Source: Thermodesulfovibrionales bacterium
GTDB taxonomy: Bacteria; Nitrospirota; Thermodesulfovibrionia; Thermodesulfovibrionales; SM23-35
Direction of reading: 5' to 3'
Assembly: GCA_963715195.1 (NCBI GenBank)
Contig: CAVQRT010000008.1
Span: forward strand, 45,268 to 109,267
DNA length: 64,000 nt
This document shows positions 19,371 through 29,828 of this stretch, in pieces. Position numbers and translations under genes: made by a program. Below the pieces are notes generated by a model. The model was not told the origin of the DNA, made no database searches, and saw only the letters and a program-made list of their open reading frames with translations. Numbering within the stretch: position 1 is the stretch's first letter; every line of letters begins with the position of its first letter.

Positions 19371-21527
19371 GTGAAATTTCATCTGACACATAAGAGTATC
19401 CTGCGGTATATCGTCATTCTCTCTCTTGGCCTTGCCCTTATCCTCTTTTCAGATTACCTTGGTCTTTTTGAAGGAATTGATCTTTATCTCTACGATCTTT
19501 CGTTTCGGATACGGGGACCGTTAGATCCTGACAGGGAAATTATCATTGTCGCCATAGACGAGAAGACGCTTGATGCATTGGGGAGATGGCCTGTTAAGAG
19601 GGAGTATTATGCCCAGTTGCTTGAATCAGCAAAAGAAGCCAGGGTTGTTGGTATTGATATTATCATGGCGGAGAGTTCAAACGGTGATGATATCCTGAAA
19701 GCCGCGCTCAAAATGCACGGGAGGGTTGTGTTGCCGGTCTATGTTGAGAGCAGGATGAATATTTCCTATCCGGCAGAAACATTATCTCCTGCGAGAACAG
19801 GCCATATTCATGTCGAACAAGGGATTGATGGTGTTATCAGAGCGGTTTTCCATACCCTGATTTACCAAAATACGGTGTTGCCTTCCTTTGCATCGGCAAT
19901 CTATGAGCTTTCGGCCAATACCGTGCTCAATCGTCAACAGACTGCAGAGATGTCAGATGGATCTGCAGACCCGCAAAGGATATTGCAGGCAGATCCCATG
20001 AACATTAATTACTTCGGCCCGCCCGGAACCTTTCAGCAGGTTTCTTTCCTTGAGGTTATCACCGGCAAGTATCCGCAGTCTTTTTTCCACGATAAAATCG
20101 TACTGGTTGGCGTGACAACACCCGGGATCGAAGAAAGCATGTTAACTCCGTTTGCGCAACACAGGGACCGGATGGCCGGGGTAGAGGTGCATGCAAATAT
20201 CCTGAACAGCATGATTGCTAACAATGATATACATACTCTTCATGATCTTTTCCGATGGGTTGCTACCATTATTGTATCTGTCCTCTGTTTCTTCCTCTTC
20301 CTGCAATTTAATGAAAGGAAAGCCACCGTGCTCTGGATCGTGAGCCTCGTGATGGTCGCCGTTTCGGTATTCATTCTTTTTTCGGTGATGCAGGTTTGGG
20401 CAGGACCAGCAATCATGTATATTGGGCTTACCTTCATGTTTTTAACTGCCCATGTTGTGAGGCTCGAGGAGATGGGTAAGTTGCTCACCATAGCAAATGA
20501 TGAATGGTACAGGACATTTAATGACATAAACGACGCGATTATCGTGCATGATTGTGATTTTCACGTTGTCCGTGCCAATAAGGCAGCTGAAGAGATCCGC
20601 GGAACCGACCTGTTTCAACGGATAACGATGAAGTGCCGTGAACAGTTTATGGATCGCAAGAACCGCGGATTTCAGTCACACAGCATTTCCGGTCCGGCTA
20701 ATCCATCTACCATGGAGATGTTTGACGCCGCTCGGAACAGGCATCTTGAAATACTCACTATCCCGCGGATGGACGGCAGGAATCGTATGACCGGTGTTAT
20801 CCAGATTATCAGGGATATAACGGAGAGAAAACAGGCTGAGGAGGCGATCAGAAAGAGTGAGGAGCACCTGCGGAATCTCACCGCCTATATTCAGAAGGTA
20901 TCAGAGATCGAGAGAACGAATATAGCCCGTGAAATCCACGACGAACTCGGACAAGCGCTGACGGTTTTGAAAATAGACCTCTCGTGGCTCAGAAAACGAC
21001 TGCCGCAGGATCAGGCAGCGATGATCGAAAAAATTGATGTCATGTCAAAGATCATCGATAAAACCATCATGACGGTAAAGAAAATTTCGACTGATTTACG
21101 GCCGGGATTGCTGGATGACCTGGGTCTTTCAGCAGCCATTGAGTGGCAGTCCGAGGAATTTGAAAAAAGAACCGGCATCCCCTGCAGCATAACGATTGAT
21201 CCAAAAGACGTCTCATTTGACAAGGATCGGAACACGGCGCTGTTCCGTATCCTCCAGGAGGCCCTGACGAATATCGCACGGCATGCGGAGGCCACGGAAG
21301 TGAACATCAACCTGCATCTGAAAGATGATCAGATAGAGCTGAACGTTCAGGACAACGGGAGAGGAATTCGGGAAGAGGAGCTTGACGGTCCTCAGTCGTT
21401 CGGCCTCATGGGAATGCAGGAACGTGCTATAATGTTCGGCGGGAATGCTGTCATTCAGGGTATTCCCGGAAGAGGCACTGCCGTGACCGTGAAAATTCCT
21501 GCAGAGAATGTGCGAGAAAACCCGTGA
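19371..21527 (+). CDS. CHASE2-PAS-HisKA_3 sensor histidine kinase
   Basis: IVAIDEKTL..GRWP and GVEVHAN (CHASE2), IAREIHDELGQ, QEALTNIARH, DNGRG. Confidence 0.9.
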   Translation: MKFHLTHKSILRYIVILSLGLALILFSDYLGLFEGIDLYLYDLSFRIRGPLDPDREIIIVAIDEKTLDALGRWPVKREYYAQLLESAKEARVVGIDIIMAESSNGDDILKAALKMHGRVVLPVYVESRMNISYPAETLSPARTGHIHVEQGIDGVIRAVFHTLIYQNTVLPSFASAIYELSANTVLNRQQTAEMSDGSADPQRILQADPMNINYFGPPGTFQQVSFLEVITGKYPQSFFHDKIVLVGVTTPGIEESMLTPFAQHRDRMAGVEVHANILNSMIANNDIHTLHDLFRWVATIIVSVLCFFLFLQFNERKATVLWIVSLVMVAVSVFILFSVMQVWAGPAIMYIGLTFMFLTAHVVRLEEMGKLLTIANDEWYRTFNDINDAIIVHDCDFHVVRANKAAEEIRGTDLFQRITMKCREQFMDRKNRGFQSHSISGPANPSTMEMFDAARNRHLEILTIPRMDGRNRMTGVIQIIRDITERKQAEEAIRKSEEHLRNLTAYIQKVSEIERTNIAREIHDELGQALTVLKIDLSWLRKRLPQDQAAMIEKIDVMSKIIDKTIMTVKKISTDLRPGLLDDLGLSAAIEWQSEEFEKRTGIPCSITIDPKDVSFDKDRNTALFRILQEALTNIARHAEATEVNINLHLKDDQIELNVQDNGRGIREEELDGPQSFGLMGMQERAIMFGGNAVIQGIPGRGTAVTVKIPAENVRENP

Positions 21528-22156
21528 TCAGGCTTCTCATTGCCGATGATCATGCAATTTTCCGGGAGGGGTTGAAACACATCCTTGAAGAGCATCCTGA
21601 TATTGTTGTTGCTGATGAGGCAGGGAATGGGCAGGAAGTCCTCGACAAGGTATGGAAAAACGAATACGACATGGTCTTGCTGGATATCGGCATGCCCGGA
21701 ATGCCTGCCCTCGAAGTCCTGAAACAGGTTAAAAATGAAAGGCCTCGATTGCCCATCCTTGTTTTGAGCATGTATCCCGAGGATCAATACGCAGTGCGGT
21801 TCATCAAGGCCGGTGCCTCGGGCTATCTGACAAAGGAAAGCGCGCCTGATGAGCTGATTACGGCGATACGGAAAATCACCGCAGGGAGAAAATACATTAC
21901 CTCCTCCGTTGCAGAGAAGTTGGCTGATTTGGTTGAGCCTGATACTGAAAAACCAGCCCATCATGCGCTCTCGGACCGCGAATTTGAAGTATTCCGCCTG
22001 ATCGCTTCCGGAAAGACTGTCAAGGAGATCGCTGAGGCTCTTTTCTTAAGTGTGAAGACGATCAGCACTTACCGAACCCGCATTTTGGAAAAGATGAGGA
22101 TGAAGACCAATGCGGAATTGATGCATTATGCCCTCAAGCATCACATGCTCGACTAG
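21524..22156 (+). CDS. NarL/LuxR-family response regulator
   Basis: ADDH receiver domain, LSDREFEV...SVKTISTYR HTH. Confidence 0.93.
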   Translation: MIRLLIADDHAIFREGLKHILEEHPDIVVADEAGNGQEVLDKVWKNEYDMVLLDIGMPGMPALEVLKQVKNERPRLPILVLSMYPEDQYAVRFIKAGASGYLTKESAPDELITAIRKITAGRKYITSSVAEKLADLVEPDTEKPAHHALSDREFEVFRLIASGKTVKEIAEALFLSVKTISTYRTRILEKMRMKTNAELMHYALKHHMLD

Positions 22157-22221
22157 TGGAATCCTAGTCTGTTTCAATCCATTCTCCTATCTGCTGTCTC
22201 CTGTCTGCCACCTTCCCGGTA

Positions 22222-22263
22222 TGTAGGACTGTTCCCGACAGAACAATAGGCAGAAATCCTACA
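22222..22263. promoter_or_regulatory. Tandem imperfect palindromes, candidate response-regulator boxes
   Basis: TGTAGGACTGTTCCCGACA (22222-40) and AATAGGCAGAAATCCTACA (22245-63). Confidence 0.5.
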
Positions 22264-22396
22264 GAAAAAAGAGCAAGCCACTGATACTCCTGTCCCGAAT
22301 AATGTGTAAAAATGGAGACAAGAAAGCGTAAAAGGCCTGAGAGGAGGATATACAGATAGCGATGGATAACCATGTATTCCGGTGCGGTGAAATGAA

Positions 22397-22786
22397 GTGA
22401 AGGTTCTCATAGTTGACGATTCGGGTGAAGTGAGAGAACGCATAAAAATTCTCCTCGCAGAGGTGGAGATGGTTGAGATGATCGGGGAAGCGGAAAACGT
22501 TCAGCAGGCGATAGAGCAAATCAGACAACAGGGGCCTGATGTAATTATCCTCGATATCAGGATGCCTGGTGGGAACGGTATCGATGTGCTCAGGGCAATT
22601 GAGAAAAAGGACCGGTCGCCTGTCATCATCATGCTCACGAACTATCCGTATCATCAGTACGAGAGGAAATGCATCGATGCCGGTGCAGATTTCTTCTTTG
22701 ATAAGTCACGGGAATTTGAAAAAGTTATCGAGGTTCTGAACGGAAGTATGGCAGGGACAGATAGCAACCTCCGGACTTTTTCATGA
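22397..22786 (+). CDS. Single-domain response regulator (REC)
   Basis: LIVDD, ILDIRMP, MLT, FFDK. Confidence 0.88.
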   Translation: MKVLIVDDSGEVRERIKILLAEVEMVEMIGEAENVQQAIEQIRQQGPDVIILDIRMPGGNGIDVLRAIEKKDRSPVIIMLTNYPYHQYERKCIDAGADFFFDKSREFEKVIEVLNGSMAGTDSNLRTFS

Positions 22787-22798
22787 AAAAAGAGAGGT

Positions 22799-23005
22799 GT
22801 GGAAATGTCAGTAGAAATGATGGAGATTATCGATCAGGAGATTTCAGAGAAAAATATAAAGAATGAATCAAGGGTTCCAAATACAAAACGGGGCAGGACA
22901 AAAAAGTGCACGGTGTGCGGAATGAGCACCTATCAGAAAGAAGGGCTTTGTGTTTTGTGTAAAACAGGTATCAGGGAAGCAGGAGAGGCACTGATCACCG
23001 AATAA
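22799..23005 (+). CDS. Small CxxC...CxxC zinc-ribbon protein
   Basis: CTVC-x11-CVLC; co-oriented with an SD-like GAGAGG upstream. Confidence 0.6.
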   Translation: MEMSVEMMEIIDQEISEKNIKNESRVPNTKRGRTKKCTVCGMSTYQKEGLCVLCKTGIREAGEALITE

Positions 23006-23073
23006 TCGATTCAGGGAAGAATATTCCTGAGATGTATCTTCATCCTTGATAAAGCGGAAAGAGAGATGATGAA

Positions 23074-24411
23074 ATGCATACCATGAAAGAGCGCGATATT
23101 TTTGAGGAGATTGTTGATTCGGCCAAGCTTGATGGCAGGATGTCAGCTCGTGAACAATATGACGCCTTACCACAAGTGTCTCTGTATATGGATGAATATG
23201 GAGCACTCCTCAATCCCCTTGCGGCATTCAGAGGAGTTGACCATACTGAAAGTCGGAACGTCGCAGATCATGAAGATATCACAGAAGATGAACATGAACA
23301 GGAACAGGAATACGACAGGACAGAAGATCTGATCCAGGCATATTTCCACTCTATGGGTGATATAGTGATTCTGACACGGGCAGAAGAAAGAGCCCTTTCA
23401 AAAAGCCTGGAATACGCCCAGGATATGCTCAGGGCGATTGTCACGGCAACGCCCTTATACCGTGACGTTGAGGCGAGCTGCAATCCATGCGACCGGGGGG
23501 AAGAAGGTATCACGACAGAAGAAGAAAACGAGGGAATCCTGGATAAGACATTAAACGTTATTGATAACCTGATGCGGGCGGGAGTGAAAACGGTATCTGA
23601 GAAGGGTCAGCGTCTGTTCGGGAGCCACATCAGCATAAAAGAGATAGAGAGGCTGTATGCGAAAATTACGGGGGCACGGGAGATTATGACAAGAGCAAAG
23701 CATGCTCTTGTCATTCATAACCTTCGCCTGGTTGTGCATGTCGTCAAGCAGTATGTCGGGAGAGGGCTTTCTCTCCTGGACCTTATCCAGGAGGGCAATA
23801 TTGGCCTTATGAAGGCAGTCGACAAGTTTGACTACCGGAAGGGGTTTAAATTCAGCACATACGCAACATGGTGGATACGGCAGGCAGCACTGCGGGCACT
23901 GATTGATCAGGCAAAAATAATCAGGCTTCCTGTCCATATGATGGATCTCTACAATAAGATTGTTAAAGCTTCGAGGGAGCTGGTATCGCTTCTTGGAAGG
24001 GAGCCGAAGAAGGAAGAGATTGCTGCACAATTACGGATACCTGTCAGGAAAGTGGAAGAAATCATGTCCGTAGTTCAGGATCCGATTGCTCTCCAGACTC
24101 CAGTCGGTGATGATGATTCAACGCTGGAAGATTTTATCAGTGATGATATGAAATCCTCCCCTTATTGTCATGTGGAGAGAGAGATGATGACCGAGTATCT
24201 GCTGAAAATTCTCCATACCCTTACCCCCCGGGAAGAGAAGGTTATACGGATGAGATTTGGGATAGGGGCTGACAGAGACTACACACTCGAAGAGGTCGGC
24301 AAGTATCTCTCCATCACCCGCGAGCGGGTCCGGCAGATCGAGGCGAATGCGATGAGAAAACTCAAACATCCGAAGAGGGGCAGATTGTTACGAAACATGG
24401 AGACGGCATGA
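23074..24411 (+). CDS. RpoD-like sigma-70 factor, probably an alternative (non-primary) paralog
   Basis: NLRLVV, DLIQEGNIGLMKAVDKF, KFSTYATWWIRQA, TLEEVG..TRERVRQIE; no recognisable region 1.1. Confidence 0.9.
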   Translation: MHTMKERDIFEEIVDSAKLDGRMSAREQYDALPQVSLYMDEYGALLNPLAAFRGVDHTESRNVADHEDITEDEHEQEQEYDRTEDLIQAYFHSMGDIVILTRAEERALSKSLEYAQDMLRAIVTATPLYRDVEASCNPCDRGEEGITTEEENEGILDKTLNVIDNLMRAGVKTVSEKGQRLFGSHISIKEIERLYAKITGAREIMTRAKHALVIHNLRLVVHVVKQYVGRGLSLLDLIQEGNIGLMKAVDKFDYRKGFKFSTYATWWIRQAALRALIDQAKIIRLPVHMMDLYNKIVKASRELVSLLGREPKKEEIAAQLRIPVRKVEEIMSVVQDPIALQTPVGDDDSTLEDFISDDMKSSPYCHVEREMMTEYLLKILHTLTPREEKVIRMRFGIGADRDYTLEEVGKYLSITRERVRQIEANAMRKLKHPKRGRLLRNMETA

Positions 24412-24430
24412 GGACCGCAGTAGCGTGTTA

Positions 24431-25753
24431 TCATAATCCGGCGATCATTTTCTTCAATCTTTTCACCGGATGAAAAATTGTTTCATCAAAATTGCCATTC
24501 TCCCTTGCGGCTTGAATCCCTTTGATACCTTTCAGGGCATTCACATGCGAAGGTTCGACCCCGAGCGCCATCTCGAAGTTCTCTTCCGCCCGGTTCGACA
24601 ATCCCAGGGCATGATATATGTACCCTGCCTCTGTCAGATAATCTGAATTGTCTGAGTCAAGTTTGAGAGCCTTTCTGATGGCTCCCTCTGCATCGCGGAA
24701 TTTACCGAGTTTCAGGAGGGTCTTCGCATAGTAATAAAAATATCTCGCCGAAGAGTTGGAAAGGTAAAGAACATGTTGAAAAAGGATTTCAGCCTCTGAA
24801 TAATTGCCGTTCCAGAATTCGATTTTGCCCTGTTCAAAATATTGGTGTGCCAATTTCTGATTTGATACCGCTTCCGGCTGCTTTCTGAGCCGTGCGGTGT
24901 CATACTTCTGTCTTTGCTGATCGTTCGTAAGGGTCTCGTACGCTTCATTCAGATATGCAATGAGAACATTCAGTTTTTCTTTCGCTTCGGCCGGTAATGA
25001 CGCGTGTCTGTCAGGATGAAATTCCTTCACCTTATGGTAATATGCCTTTTTTATCTCCTCGGCATCATCAGTGTCCGTCACGTTCAGGAACTCGTAATAG
25101 CTCAGATTATCCCCGGTATACCTTTCGTACACATGTTCGATCATCTCAATAATCATGGGCAGAGCTTCCTCCGACAATTCTTGAGGAGCCTCTTCATGCC
25201 GGGGATCGTTCGGCAGATCGGTTATTTCATTTAATCTGCATATGACCACGTCTTTGTTCGGTTCCTCACGAGCAGTCCCGGAAGACATGTCTGCATGCTC
25301 TACTACCCCGCATGTATCCGTTTCGACGTCAGCCATAATAGTATGAATTATTTCTTCGCCCCTTTCCGAGGTGATTTCCTTGAAATGCATGCCGGCCATA
25401 TAGAGGGGCACAATATTGCCGTCGGTGTCTTCAATGCTTTCCACAAGGAACGACCATTTTACGATAACTCTGGCTAAGAGAAGTTCATCTTTATACCCTA
25501 TCTTCAGGAGGTAGGTATTTCCGAGGTTCAGCCGCCTGTCCGCCTTTACGAGTACCCCGCTGGAAGATATATTGATGATACTTACCGTGGTGGCAAGCGG
25601 AATCTCACCCTGTATGTTTATATTCTGAACGCTCAGTCTCTTGTGTTTTCTTTTCTCATGCCCGTCATCTCCGTTCATGTGGCCATTTCCATCATATTCA
25701 GAATGAGGATCTTCCCGGTTGCCTGAAATATCATCTGTCACGTCTCTCTTCAT
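24431..25753 (-). CDS. PilZ + J-domain + TPR protein
   Basis: KRKHKR...NISSSG (PilZ), FHPD (J domain), C-terminal TPRs. Confidence 0.8.
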   Translation of the reverse strand: MKRDVTDDISGNREDPHSEYDGNGHMNGDDGHEKRKHKRLSVQNINIQGEIPLATTVSIINISSSGVLVKADRRLNLGNTYLLKIGYKDELLLARVIVKWSFLVESIEDTDGNIVPLYMAGMHFKEITSERGEEIIHTIMADVETDTCGVVEHADMSSGTAREEPNKDVVICRLNEITDLPNDPRHEEAPQELSEEALPMIIEMIEHVYERYTGDNLSYYEFLNVTDTDDAEEIKKAYYHKVKEFHPDRHASLPAEAKEKLNVLIAYLNEAYETLTNDQQRQKYDTARLRKQPEAVSNQKLAHQYFEQGKIEFWNGNYSEAEILFQHVLYLSNSSARYFYYYAKTLLKLGKFRDAEGAIRKALKLDSDNSDYLTEAGYIYHALGLSNRAEENFEMALGVEPSHVNALKGIKGIQAARENGNFDETIFHPVKRLKKMIAGL

Positions 25754-25902
25754 CGTTTTTCCTCCATACAATCATGTGGTAGCATTGCGCATCATCGATT
25801 TATAATAGCTGTCTTCGTACTTGTATCCTCATTAGCATGACCGGGGATCATCCCCTGTCAGTACTGCTCATATTATCTGTTGCAGGGATTCATGAATCAA
25901 TA

Positions 25903-26364
25903 CTACCTGGGTAGGATGTGCGCGGAAGCAATACCGTCCTCAGGTGTTTGAGCGGAATCCGTCTGCACCAGGGCATTCTGTATGAGTTCTGTACGCGAAA
26001 CTTCCTTGCCATCCTCCACTTGCGTGGAGAATAGTATGCCGTTTTCGCTGTTTGCGTGCATCCCGACAAAGTATCCCAGCACCGCGCTGAGCGAAACAAT
26101 AAGAAAGAGAACGGACAATATCAGTCCTTTGCCGATAAGGAGAACGTGTCTGTTATTCAGGGCAGGGGGATACTTTGATTCCCGGGCATTGCTATGCCGC
26201 TTTTTCTTTGCTGCTTGTATTTTAGCGTTCAGCGATGTCCTCTGCTGGTCGTCCTTTACATATCCGTGATTCGGACAGAATACCCATCTGATTTCTTTAA
26301 ATTTGTTTTCCTTTTTCCAAATTTCTTTTTCTATCTGTTTGTAGCAGATTGGACAAAATGTCAT
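25903..26364 (-). CDS. Hypothetical Zn-ribbon single-TM protein
   Basis: CPIC...CPNHG followed by one TM segment. Confidence 0.55.
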   Translation of the reverse strand: MTFCPICYKQIEKEIWKKENKFKEIRWVFCPNHGYVKDDQQRTSLNAKIQAAKKKRHSNARESKYPPALNNRHVLLIGKGLILSVLFLIVSLSAVLGYFVGMHANSENGILFSTQVEDGKEVSRTELIQNALVQTDSAQTPEDGIASAHILPR

Positions 26365-26715
26365 TGCAATATGCTTCCTTTATCCTGCAGCAATTCCTTT
26401 TTCAGGCATTCTCTTATTGCCGCTGCCTGAGCTTTATCCGTACTATCATTCTGAAATATATACAAAAAATGTGCCTGTTTCCCGCCTCAAAACTCCTTGT
26501 TTTTGCGTTTGCCGGAGGACCTTGAATGTTATTTCTTGTGAAAAAGAGCAAAAGTTGTCATGAATGATGCCAATAAATGGGTAATCCATGCTTGTCATTT
26601 ACTTTATCTATGTCTGCCTACTTATATGGGAATGATCTGTCGGAAGATGGGTTTTGAATAGAAAAAAGAGGCTGAAGATGGTAAGATTTACGGGAAAATC
26701 GAAAATATTCGAGGA

Positions 26716-27562
26716 ATGCTGAGGTAATTACATTATAAGACGGTTAATCAGTTATCTCAGAGGCAGGCGACACGACAAGGATACCCCTTTAGACGATAAA
26801 GTTCTGGTCTTTCCTCACAGGGCATACAGGAGAATCTCGGTCTCCGGAACGGATGCCTTCCTGAATTTCTGCATAGTGATCATCCCCCTTGAGGCGGCTC
26901 TGTTTTACTTCTATCCAGAAATTACCCATATCATGAACAGAGCAGCAAAGGCTGCCCTTGCATCATATGTCCCCGCAGAGGAAATGATGATCTTCAGCAG
27001 ATCCTTTCTGCACAGCACTATATATCTGCTCGACCTCCCCGGAAAATATCCTTCCCCGCTGTTTTCATTCCTGTTTTTCTGTGCCGCGGTGCTGAGCATA
27101 TATCTGGTAACGAAGATCAAACTGTACCGGCCGCTGGCGTTATGGCTTATCTTTGTGTCGGCCATCAATATGCTTTCATCAATCGTGTTCATGCTTTTGC
27201 CGCATACGTTCCCATACACCATGCTGAAATTTTCAGAGCTGTATATCACCACTGAAGTCGGCATGTGGCTGTTCGTTCCCGTCGTCATGGGGATGGCCCT
27301 GCTGCCGGTGCCTGCCGGTGTTGTCTCTAAAGGGTCCATCATTGTTCTGAGCGTGCTCTATTCGATGATATTTGGTATGGTGCGGTATGTCGTTTTTCTT
27401 TTCATCATTGCACAATTATCGTATATCTTCATGCCCGTTCTCTATTTTTCCTTCGGCCCCCTGGTGGATTTTGTGTATATCGTAGGCATCTATTCTCTCT
27501 ACGTCAGCAAGGTCTCAGAGCGTATCACACAGAATTACAGGATATGGAAATGGGTGTTCTGA
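26716..27562 (+). CDS. Multi-pass membrane protein, first gene of the EPS operon (apparent frameshift just after ATG 26716)
   Basis: The frame of ORF 26876..27562 stays open upstream to ~26722; several TM segments; overlaps the GT2 gene. Confidence 0.65.
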
Positions 27563-28812
27563 TACTAAAAGCCTATCTGCTTTTTGTCATGTTTGTCATG
27601 TTGCTGTATACACTCAGGCATTTTCTGTTTACTCTCAACCGGGCATTCGGAGAGCAGCGGATATCCTGCCACGATATTGTCGATTCAGACCTCCCGGCCA
27701 TCTCGGTTCTCATTCCGATGCATAACGAGGAAAGGACAGTTGCCCACATTCTGAATCGCCTGATTTCTGTAGATTATCCACTCGACAGAATAGAGATCAT
27801 TCCCATCAATGATCACTCTGCCGATAAAACGGGCGAGGTCCTCGATCACTATGCGGCAAAATATCCGCAGATAAAACCTCTCCACCGGAGTTCCGGAGAA
27901 CGGGGCAAGCCGGTTGGACTGAATGATGCACTCAGCATCGCACAGGGAGAAATTATCATCATCTTCGACGCCGATTATCTGCCCCCCCGGGGAATTCTCA
28001 GGGATATGGCGGTCTGTTTCAAAGATCCCGAGGTCGGAGCTTTAATGGGAAGAGTCATCCCTGACAACAGTTTTAAGAACCTCCTTACCAGACTCCTCGA
28101 TCTTGAGCGTTCAGGCGGGTATCAGGTTGACCAGCAGGCGCGTTTCAACCTCAAACTTATTCCGCAGTATGGAGGCACGGTGGCCGGATTCCGGAAGCAG
28201 CCGGTTATGGCTTTGGGAGGGTTCAACCCAACCATTCTTGCCGAAGACACGGAGCTTACGTTTAAGCTCTTTATCAACGGATGGAAAGTTGCGTATGCAA
28301 ACAGGATCGAGTGTTATGAGGAGGCCCCGGAGAGGTGGGATGTGAGGGCTCGCCAGATCAGGAGGTGGGCACGCGGACATACACAGGTCATGTTCAGATA
28401 TCTGTTCCCTCTCGTGCAATCACCGCACCTTTCGCTCACGGAAAAGATCGACGGCCTCTTCCTTCTTTTCGTCTACACGACGTCACCGGTTCTTCTCCTC
28501 GGCATCTGTGATTCATTCGTCCTCTTCTTCCTCGGTGAAATGCAGATTCTTGCAAGTGCGCTCGTCTTTCTGTTCCTGACTTCCCTGAACACCTTTGGAA
28601 ACTTCGCGCCGTTCTATCAGGTCGGCATGGCATCGGTTATTGACGGGGCCACGAACAGGCTCCGCCTCCTGCCGTTTCTCCTGTTCAATTTTTTCATCAA
28701 CATGTGGTACGTATCGTTTGGATTTGCCGAGGCTGTTATAGACCTTATTACCCGGAGGAAATCGGTATGGGATAAAACGGAGCGGTTCCGGAGCTCGGGG
28801 AGGGACATCTGA
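27544..28812 (+). CDS. Processive GT2 polysaccharide synthase (CesA/PgaC-like)
   Basis: DHSAD, FDADY, AEDT and QIRRW motifs plus TM helices. Confidence 0.9.
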   Translation: MEMGVLILKAYLLFVMFVMLLYTLRHFLFTLNRAFGEQRISCHDIVDSDLPAISVLIPMHNEERTVAHILNRLISVDYPLDRIEIIPINDHSADKTGEVLDHYAAKYPQIKPLHRSSGERGKPVGLNDALSIAQGEIIIIFDADYLPPRGILRDMAVCFKDPEVGALMGRVIPDNSFKNLLTRLLDLERSGGYQVDQQARFNLKLIPQYGGTVAGFRKQPVMALGGFNPTILAEDTELTFKLFINGWKVAYANRIECYEEAPERWDVRARQIRRWARGHTQVMFRYLFPLVQSPHLSLTEKIDGLFLLFVYTTSPVLLLGICDSFVLFFLGEMQILASALVFLFLTSLNTFGNFAPFYQVGMASVIDGATNRLRLLPFLLFNFFINMWYVSFGFAEAVIDLITRRKSVWDKTERFRSSGRDI

Positions 28813-29828
28813 TGCTCGTATTAGCTGCCGGTGTTCTCTGGGTCATCTTGCTGCTTATCCCTTTTCTCCCGGGTATTCTTGAGTTGCGCAGACCCCGTGA
28901 TGCAGCACCGCTCTTCATCGATATGGAGTACACAAAGGATCCCGGATACTTCGGGAAATCATTCAGGAGCGTTATAAAAAAATATCTGCGCTCTGATTTA
29001 CTCCAGTCCGGAACTCATGAGCAGTGCGCTGTCGCGAAAAGAAAAGATTCTCGTTTCACCATCACGGACGGTGCCTGCTGGCAGAAATGTCAATCATATC
29101 CTTTGCATTGCCGGAGACCTGATTTCAGAAGAGAAGGCGTATTTCCGGAAAGAGATTTATGCAACAGGGCATGCAGTTCTCGGCCCGGAAAATGTTGTGC
29201 AGGCTCTGGCTGCTGATGGAACGGTCACACTCGGAATGCATACATCGGTGCTGAGGTGGGCTGATGCCGGACAGGCCGCTGATATACGCGCAGGGTGTAA
29301 TCTCGGGGTCGGCTTATCCTGTGGAGGTGAAATCAGGATCGCCCGTGGCTGCAGCTTTCAGCGCCTTTACGGATTTCCGATCATAACCGGTTCCGCGGAC
29401 AGCGGCAGTGAAAGGGAACATCATGACCTTGACGAGTATCGCCAAGGAAAGGCGGAGTTTGGTTCAAGACGTCTCCGTCAGTTCCCGGGGGCACAAAAAT
29501 AGAAAAGGACCTCATTGTGAAGAATAATCTCAGGATTGCGAAAAATTGTATCATAGCAGGGAATATCAAAACATACAGGGGATTGGTGATTGAGGAGGGT
29601 GTTACGGTCAAAGGGAATATTTTTTCTGAAGACGACATAACCATAGGGGAGCATGCGGTAATTGACGGCAATGTCTTCTGCCAGGGAAGAGTAATTATCC
29701 GGGGCGACGCACAGATAGGGCAGAGCGGGAAATTGAAATCGGTCATCGGAAAGAGCAGCGTTATTCTCGGCCGGAATGTCCGGGTGTACGGGTACATCCT
29801 GACGGAAGGTTCAGGGATCGTACGATGA
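28812..29828 (+). CDS. Membrane-anchored beta-helix (bactofilin/polymer-forming-like) protein, split by two frameshifts
   Basis: Fragments 28812.., 29017.. and ..29828; repeating I-x-G-N-I/V beta-helix pattern. Confidence 0.6.
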
